DNA of 20,868 nucleotides, from positions 434,001 to 454,868 of the forward strand of contig CDLV01000020.1 in NCBI GenBank assembly GCA_001244265.2. The letters are read 5' to 3'. Source of the DNA: Microbotryum violaceum. Taxonomy: Eukaryota. The notes under the pieces were generated by a model. The model saw only the letters and a list, made by a program, of their open reading frames with translations, was not told the DNA's origin and did no database searches. Within the stretch, counting starts at the first letter, position 1. Each line of letters opens with the position of its first letter. This document shows, one piece after another, positions 13,203-20,868 of this stretch. A program made the position numbers and the translations under genes.

Positions 13203-15175
13203 ACAGTATATACGTATCATAGGTGGGGTACAGGCCAATTCCGGGATACGTTTTGGAATAGAACCCCAAATTCCCAGTGAAAATGAAAATTGACAGTGCA
13301 CGGTCAATTGCTCGTGCACTGCTGAAATCCACTTTTTCGACTCTGAAGGGCGGCACAAGTCAAAAACCGTCAAATCGAGGTGCACGGTCGATTGCTCGTG
13401 CACTGCTAAAATCCACTTTTTCGACTCTGAAGGGCGGCACAAGCCGAAAATCGTCAAATCGAGGTGCACGGTCAATTGCTCGTGCACTGCTGAAATCCAC
13501 TTTTTCGGCAAAACCGTCAAATCGAGGTGCACGGTCGATTGCTCGTGCACTGCTGAAATCCACTTTTTCGACTCTGAAGGGCGGCACAAGCCAAAAACCG
13601 TCAAATCGAGGTGCACGGTCAATTGCTCGTGCACTGCTGAAATCCACTTTTTCGACTCTGAAGGGCGGCACAAGCCAAAAACCGTCAAATCGAGGTGCAC
13701 GGTCGATTGCTCGTGCACTGCTGAAATCCACTTTTTCGACTCTGAAGGGCGGCACAAGCCGAAAATCGTCAAATCGAGGTGCACGGTCAATTGCTCGTGC
13801 ACTGCTGAAATCCACTTTTTCGGCAAAACCGTCAAATCGAGGTGCACGGTCGATTGCTCGTGCACTGCTGAAATCCACTTTTTCGACTCTGAAGGGCGGC
13901 ACAAGCCAAAAACCGTCAAATCGAGGTGCACGGTCAATTGCTCGTGCACTGCTGAAATCCACTTTTTCGACTCTGAAGGGCGGCACAAGTCAAAAACCGT
14001 CAAATCGAGGTGCACGGTCGATTGCTCGTGCACTGCTAAAATCCACTTTTTCGACTCTGAAGGGCGGCACAAGCCGAAAATCGTCAAATCGAGGTGCACG
14101 GTCAATTGCTCGTGCACTGCTGAAATCCACTTTTTCGGCAAAACCGTCAAATCGAGGTGCACGGTCGATTGCTCGTGCACTGCTGAAATCCACTTTTTCG
14201 ACTCTGAAGGGCGGCACAAGCCAAAAACCGTCAAATCGAGGTGCACGGTCAATTGCTCGTGCACTGCTGAAATCCACTTTTTCGACTCTGAAGGGCGGCA
14301 CAAGCCAAAAACCGTCAAATCGAGGTGCACGGTCAATTGCTCGTGCACTGCTGAAATCCACTTTTCGACTCTGAAGGGCGGCACAAGCCAAAAACCGTCA
14401 AATCGAGGTGCACGGTCAATTGCTCGTGCACTGCTGAAATCCACTTTTCGACTCTGAAGGGCGGCACAAGCCAAAAACCGTCAAATCGAGGTGCACGGTC
14501 GATTGCTCGTGCACTGCTAAAATCCACTTTTTCGACTCTGAAGGGCGGCACAAGCCGAAAATCGTCAAATCGAGGTGCACGGTCGATTGCTCGTGCACTG
14601 CTAAAATCCACTTTTTCGACTCTGAAGGGCGGCACAAGCCGAAAATCGTCAAATCGAGGTGCACGGTCGATTGCTCGTGCACTGCTGAAATCCACTTTTT
14701 CGACTCTGAAGGGCGGCACAAGCCAAAAACCGTCAAATCGAGGTGCACGGTCAATTGCTCGTGCACTGCTGAAATCCACTTTTCGACTCTGAAGGGCGGC
14801 ACAAGCCAAAAACCGTCAAATCGAGGTGCACGGTCAATTGCTCGTGCACTGCTGAAATCCACTTTTCGACTCTGAAGGGCGGCACAAGCCAAAAACCGTC
14901 AAATCGAGGTGCACGGTCAATTGCTCGTGCACTGCTGAAATCCACTTTTCGACTCTGAAGGGCGGCACAAGTCAAAAACCGTCAAATCGAGGTGCACGGT
15001 CAATTGCTCGTGCACTGCTGAAATCCACTTTTCGACTCTGAAGGGCGGCACAAGTCAAAAACCGTCAAATCGAGGTGCACGGTCGATTGCTCGTGCACTG
15101 CTGAAATCCACTTTTTTGGCAAAACCGTCGAATCGAGGTGCACGGTCAATTGCTCGCGCACTGCTGAAATCCACT
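13203..15175 (+). mobile_element. Leader+tandem-array element, copy 1 (93-bp leader 13203-13295, then array)
   Basis: Leader ACAGTATATACGTATCATAGG...AAAATTGACA is identical to 19948-20040 while the upstream flanks are unrelated. Confidence 0.75.
13296..15175 (+). repeat. Tandem array of 84-bp unit (83- and 63-bp variants), 23 full units + 38-bp partial
   Basis: Unit GTGCACGGTCRATTGCTCGTGCACTGCTGAAATCCACTTTTTCGACTCTGAAGGGCGGCACAAGCCAAAAACCGTCAAATCGAG. Starts at 13296, 13380, 13464, 13527, 13611 ... 15075, 15138. Confidence 0.98.
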
Positions 15176-15545
15176 GTATATATGGGCCATTGCCAAATAT
15201 CACATGGCACAGACTTCCGCGAGGCGCTTGCAAAGAAGCTCGCGCGAGGATTCTGTGGTATTAAGTTGGAGAGAGGGGTGGGGCCAGCCGCACTCTCAGC
15301 CTTCGGCCACCGGCGCTCGCGATTTCCGAAATGGGAAACCCATTTCGGGCTTCGGTATATCGCTGGAGCTGAGGCACGGCAGACTTGAGGACTTGTAGAC
15401 GTAAATAAGTTTATTGTAAATCTGTCCCAATCCCAACTGATGTGTACATGCTTAATTTGTGCTATTATGCATTGTGCTTTGAGTATACTCAAGGACACTA
15501 GTCTTTGTGGCCTTGACGACTTTGGGGCGCCCGCGCGGTCCACTG
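15172..15545 (+). mobile_element. Left end of a second member of the 6205-7151 long-TIR family
   Basis: 15495-15525 matches 6501-6531 at 27/31. 15313-15333 matches the reverse complement of 6901-6921 at 20/21. Shared TAAGTTTATT (15406/6401) and TATATATG(G/A)G start. Matching right end not found in window. Confidence 0.8.
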
Positions 15546-16429
15546 CTTTTTGTCCTCGGGCCAGAATAATTGTACGGACATGTCCGTTCACTTGATTTTA
15601 GGTACACATCGAGATCAGATAATAATGATGCTGTTGAACAATTGTATGAGTAGACCCACTTTTCATCTGCAAGGAGAACATGATAGCATGTGTATTTGGT
15701 GACCGAACTTCAAGTTGTGCGCAAACGAAGTGCCGACCGCTTCATCTTGTCACCGACGTTCTATTAAAGAAAGCCTAATCTCAACGCTACCAGATATACC
15801 TCTCTCTTCATTCATATCATAGTAGTGCGGTCTGCGAGGGACTCCCAGTGAGACCTGCTTCCAAGACACGCCTGGCGTGACTATGACTCGGAGTCTCGTC
15901 TACCATCGCGCGATGATCTCGCCCGTAATCGGATCAAAAATGTGCTCCCGAATACGATGTCTTTCCCTCAATCTTCCGACATAACTCATCTAAATGCCCA
16001 GAACAGCCCTTCCTTAAAATAATGTCAATTGTACAAGCACGCTCAGTGACCTGGACGAGTCGACGTGTTTGCCGCGGACGCCGGCCGACTCACTCGTTCA
16101 ACGACCCCGGCCAAGCCCTGACCTCGGAATTACTCGCTCTCTCTAGCCTTGGAACTTTCTCGCATCCCTTTTCGAGTTTCAAAAAGATATACGCCTTTAA
16201 AGGTTGACTGGACCTGAGCCAATCGGAGACCGATCTCACCGCCGAGTGCGCCGACTCGGAGCTTCGGGTTCTCGCGCGGTTAGCTGATAGGCTCGACTTC
16301 GGACTCGCGCGCGCCAACGCTCCTTTCCCTCTCGCCACTCACTTCTCACTCGGACCACTCGACTCGGACTCGGCACTGATCGCGCCACGCCACACCTCGA
16401 CTTCACATGCTTTCACATCGTTCACATGC

Positions 16430-17720
16430 GCCATGCAATGTGCAAGATGCAACTCGGTCTCTCCCAACTACAGCTCGACGTGTCACTTCAAGCCGACTGA
16501 TTTGCGCACGGTGCGACGTCGCACCACGTGGTCAACAACACTGCCGTCTTCAACACGATACAAAGACTGCAACCTGAGAGAGTGCGGTCACTTTCAGCAG
16601 CCTTCAAGCTTAGGTCAATGCATCGCTCGAGCGTTCTCGGTCGGACACGTATTCGGTCACCGCTTCACCACGATCGCCTCGCGTCGTCAACGTCAATCAA
16701 GCACACGAATGCAATCCCTCACATCTCTTTCTTGATTGAGTCGAAGAGTCTCATCGACGCGGCTAGCTCGGGGTTTGTTGGAACATCTGTTGCACGACCC
16801 GACTGTTCTCGTCAATGTCGAGTCCGAGACCATCATCGGCTCAAGCACTTTCATCCGTCTCAACCCCGCCGCGATCCACTCAAACTTCCGCACTCGTGAT
16901 CCAGCTCTTCGAGTCATCCGTCCAAAGCCACTACGTCTCAACTTGTCGCTCTAAACATCCCACATTCCCGGTCGTCTCCTTGCCGTTCAAGTTGACCGCA
17001 CTTGCATGCTGGGTTCTTCCCTTGTCGATCGCATCAACCAATTGACTTGCTGATAAAGCTCTCAAGATTTCTCACGGAACACCTCCTCATCCGCTGACAT
17101 CTTACTCAAACACCGTCCTACATTGCGCACAATGATCCATACAGCCAGGACTCGGGCTTCTTCGGACCACTCCGCGCTCGAATTCGGCATTGGACCTTGA
17201 CGATCCTCCGCACTCTCAATCAACCTCGGCGATTTGCTCGACCGACTGGATACGTGTGATCACCATTCCATCTCTGTGACTTGTACATTCGTGCAGACCC
17301 TGGTCATTTGGTCATGGAATACGCTCAGCCACGCACAGTGCTTCTTTCCCTCTCGCTTCGCTTGTTCATGCACTCACCACGCATGTGTCGACGAAGTCTT
17401 TGGGGGTGAGCAGTCACTAAGCGTGCGTACGCCTGCAAGGTCAGTGCATGCCTTCAACCCGAAGTCCTTACCTCCCTCCACACCTTATGTTGCAAGTGTG
17501 TGCAATATTGCTCATGTTTGATGGTTGATTTGCTCCACCTGGTCTTAGACTTCCGCCTGCGCTCAACTCAACTCTTTGGACTCCAAACCGCTCGCAACCG
17601 TTTCCAGTCCGTCTCCCAGAAGAATGATCGTCGACTCTTCACTGAGGTCTGAGCGTTGAGGGCTCAATCGAACCAAGTTTGCAAGCTGATCCAAGGAACG
17701 GATCCAGTTTGAGTGAAGTG
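16430..17720 (+). pseudogene. Possible degenerate gene remnant of unknown identity
   Basis: Short protein-like stretches broken by stops and frameshifts (e.g. LARGLLEHLLHDPTVLVNVE; MVDLLHLVLDFRLRSTQLFGLQTARNRF), preceded by a pyrimidine-rich 5'UTR-like tract at 16320-16430. No motif recognised. Confidence 0.25.
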
Positions 17721-17917
17721 ACATAAAAATGAAAACAGGGCGACATGTTAGAGAAAAAAGACCACTATTTGACAGGTCCATTAAAATCCTTGAACGATGA
17801 AATGTTGCAATCTACGCTGAAGACTTCCACAATTGTACCATCCAGGGTTGGTTTACATTGTGAATATGATTACAGTTTCATGACATACTGCTTTTGGAAG
17901 ATAATGGGGATGAATTA

Positions 17918-19947
17918 TCATTTACCGGAGGGAGCTGTGTTCAGACGGCGTTTTTGCATGGCAGTCAACTTTGACTGTTTGGAGGCAGAGGAAGTGGTGG
18001 TCGGCTTCGTGGCCAGCGTCGTCTGCTTGGTTTTGGGCGGGGATATGTCGCGTTCAGCCTTCCTCTTCCTACTGTCGCTTTCGGCCTTACCCATCTTGTC
18101 ATTTGACGGGCCAGCAATGGACAACCCATTGAATCGGTTGGGGTTCAAGCGCACGGGCATTGGCGAAGAAACGGGTGGAGCGACCTTGGCCCCCTTGGCT
18201 CGTTGTGGATCAGAGGCAGAGTTCTTGATAGGGCTCTCCGATGCGTCACGGAGTTCTGGCTCGAGCGGCATTGGCGAGGACGAGTCATGTACAGCTAGTC
18301 CAGTGATGTCACCGTAGTTCGCATTGCTGACCGGCAACTGACGACCCGAAGCTGCACTCTTGTTCGACACAGCCGGACAATCTTCGGCATCGGTACCCAC
18401 CTCCTTGGACAAGTCAACGTCCATGGGTTTTACCTTTTGCTGCGTGCCTCCTTTGCGAGTGGGAGTGGGTGCGCCAGTACAATGCCGGCCTCCAGACTTG
18501 ACCACAGCTCCCTTGCCCTTGCCAGCAACGACTTCCTCGTCCTCTTCTTCACTCTTGTACTCAGGGCCCGCAGCCCAATCAAGGTAGCCTTCCATGGTGG
18601 TGATGACATCTGCCTCTGCACGGAAGCATTTCAGGTGTTGATCGAGCTTCTTCACGGTGATTGGTGTCGCCTGCAAACAGAAAGTAGATGTTAGTCTCAG
18701 TACTTTAGGGGGGGAATTTGGCAGCAAGTGTGCCCACCTTGAACTTGACTACAGCACCACTCGCCACAAGGGACGATAGGAACGCGAGGAGCGCGGCATC
18801 GAGTTGTGTCCCAGATGGACGGACGGTGAAAGACTCGCAAGCCAAGACACCGAGATCGATTGCACGCGAATCTTCGAGTAACGTGCGCGCCTGCGTTTGA
18901 ATCGCCCGAGCCTTGCTCGCCTTGCCTTTGAAAGATGTCTTTGCGCCAGCGTCTTCCTCCGAACCAGAGGTGTTCTCAGGGGCGGCCTCAAAGGCGTTGT
19001 CCAAGACATGCTTCTTCATAGCCGACTGGCGGAAAATGACCTTGATAAAGTGATGATAATATTTATCCAACCGAACAGCCTAATAGGCACGGCCAAAACC
19101 ACCCAAGAACGAGTCAGCAATCTTGCACCGCAAGAGGAGCCCAAGAGACATGATCAAGAGCGAGGTAGTCGCGCAAGAATGAGTGCAAGGGCCGAAGCGC
19201 CCATCCGCAGCCCAGGTGCACTCCTTGTCACAATAAACTTGACTTACATGAGGCAGCTTGGGAAGAGGATCTTTGGTACTGGAATTTGCCTTAGCGGCAG
19301 CCGCTGGGGTGTGGTGATGTGCGTCACGGGCGTTCTTTGCCACACCCGACCATTTGTTGCGCACGTTGGCCGGGATCGGAAGGAACTCGTCGGTGAACAC
19401 ATTGATATCCAAGAACTTGGAGTTCAACCACTCCTTCATCAAGTGGGTGATGGTCTGGGGGGCTTTGATCCCCTTGATGCCGCTCCATTTAATACCCTGA
19501 TTTTTCAGATTCTTGGTGTACGCATGAGACCCAATCGGAACGACGAGATCATTGAGGAAGAAGTCAAAATGGGTGTCAGACGCCGCTCGAATCTTGGACC
19601 ACATTGGCATGCAGGCCCAGCTGCAAGAATCCGCTACCATAGCATCATAACGACTCTTCTCTTGTTTGTTGATGATAGGCAAGAACGACTTTGGATGCAT
19701 TGAGGTAGCGTTTGGTTCAGCATCGGCTGACGTAGCGTGCGGTTTGGTGTCAGCTGGCGCAAGCAAGTTGTCCGCTTTTGCCGATGCGACGTTTTTTTTT
19801 GCGGCCCGTACATCACTATGAGATGCCTTCCGAGGCTCGGGCGGTCCTTTCTTGACTTCGAGGGTGCCTACTCCGAGGAACCCGCGAGATTGATGACACC
19901 CGGGGTGGTGAGTCGCTTGATGGTTTTGGGTGTGAAGAACATCAACC
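17918..19947 (-). CDS. Uncharacterised intron-containing gene, apparently 5'-truncated by array element 2; exons ~19947-19248, 19079-18738, 18670-17918
   Basis: Intron 19247-19080 (GTAAGT...GCTGAC...TAG) and intron 18737-18671 (GTGGGC...CTAAC...TTGCAG) fuse three ORFs in frame (…KLPH|AVRLDKYY…VKFK|ATPITVKK…). Acidic patch and Lys/Ser-rich disordered C-terminus with RKRK and KRR. The frame stays open up to the element junction. Confidence 0.7.
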
Positions 19948-20802
19948 ACAGTATATACGTATCATAGGTGGGGTACAGGCCAATTCCGGGATACGTTTTG
20001 GAATAGAACCCCAAATTCCCAGTGAAAATGAAAATTGACAGTGCACGGTCAATTGCTCGTGCACTGCTGAAATCCACTTTTTCGACTCTGAAGGGCGGCA
20101 CAAGCCAAAAACCGTCAAATCGAGGTGCACGGTCGATTGCTCGTGCACTGCTGAAATCCACTTTTTCGACTCTGAAGGGCGGCACAAGCCAAAAACCGTC
20201 AAATCGAGGTGCACGGTCGATTGCTCGTGCACTGCTGAAATCCACCTTTTCGACTCTGAAGGGCGGCACAAGCCAAAAACCGTCAAATCGAGGTGCACGG
20301 TCGATTGCTCGTGCACTGCTGAAATCCACTTTTTCGACTCTGAAGGGCGGCACAAGCCAAAAACCGTCAAATCGAGGTGCACGGTCGATTGCTCGTGCAC
20401 TGCTAAAATCCACTTTTTCGACTCTGAAGGGCGGCACAAGCCAAAACCGTCAAATCGAGGTGCACGGTCGATTGCTCGTGCACTGCTGAAATCCACTTTT
20501 TCGACTCTGAAGGGCGGCACAAGCCAAAAACCGTCAAATCGAGGTGCACGGTCGATTGCTCGTGCACTGCTGAAATCCACTTTTTCGACTCTGAAGGGCG
20601 GCACAAGCCAAAACCGTCAAATCGAGGTGCACGGTCGATTGCTCGTGCACTGCTGAAATCCACTTTTTCGACTCTGAAGGGCGGAACAGGTGGAAAACCG
20701 TCAAATCGAGGTGCACGGTCAATTGCTCGTGCACTGCTGAAATCCACTTTTTCGACTCTGAAGGCCCCAACAAGGCGAAAACCGTCAAATCGAGGTGCAC
20801 GG
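19948..20802 (+). mobile_element. Leader+tandem-array element, copy 2 (leader 19948-20040; may continue past window end)
   Basis: 93-bp leader identical to 13203-13295, followed by the same 84-bp array. Confidence 0.75.
20041..20802 (+). repeat. Tandem array of 84/83-bp unit, 9 full units + 8-bp stub
   Basis: Starts at 20041, 20125, 20209, 20293, 20377, 20460, 20544, 20627, 20711, 20795. The last two full units are diverged. Confidence 0.98.
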
Positions 20803-20868
20803 GGAATTCCTCGGGCATTGCGAGATGGCAGTGCAGCGTGAAACTTTGTGCACCGAGTAAGCCTGAGC

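Noticed and set aside
13185-13295. Leader as the 3' LTR of the Gypsy element (TG at 13201)
   Set aside because: No convincing polypurine tract, copy 2 has CC rather than TG at that position, and no matching 5' LTR is present.
13296-13379. tRNA/5S/SINE origin of the 84-bp unit
   Set aside because: No cloverleaf and no clear Pol III A/B boxes on either strand.
13203-15175. CRISPR array (leader + palindromic repeats)
   Set aside because: Sequence between dyads is itself repeated (no unique spacers), there are no cas genes, and the context is eukaryotic.
13065-15233. Long minus-strand repeat ORFs (e.g. 469 aa, 208 aa)
   Set aside because: Consequence of a unit length divisible by 3; frames switch at 83-bp units and starts are mostly non-ATG.
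19080-19082. Premature stop making the 17.9-19.9 kb gene a nonsense pseudogene
   Set aside because: The TAG is the acceptor of a phase-0 intron starting GTAAGT at 19247 with a GCTGAC branch site.

Overview
Eukaryotic, intron-rich fungal DNA, most likely a basidiomycete yeast (Pucciniomycotina/Microbotryomycetes-like; inferred from intron style, a FunK1 kinase and TCG->TTG mutation bias). The left half (1-9.9 kb) has three spliced genes: a Golgi Ca2+/Mn2+ P-type ATPase (PMR1, - strand, runs off the window), a divergently transcribed putative mitochondrial P-loop/AAA-like membrane protein (+), and a fungal-type protein kinase (-). A degenerate ~950-bp long-inverted-repeat element lies between the last two. 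The right half (10-20.9 kb) is a nested transposon zone. It holds a decayed Ty3/Gypsy pol and two copies of an unclassified element made of an identical 93-bp leader plus a tandem array of an 84-bp palindrome-containing unit (24 and 10 unit starts, with 315/630-bp higher-order structure in copy 1). It also holds a second member of the long-TIR family abutting array 1, and an intron-containing orphan gene cut at its 5' end by array element 2. All four element starts share a (C/G)AC..TATATA motif. No CRISPR, rRNA or tRNA was found.
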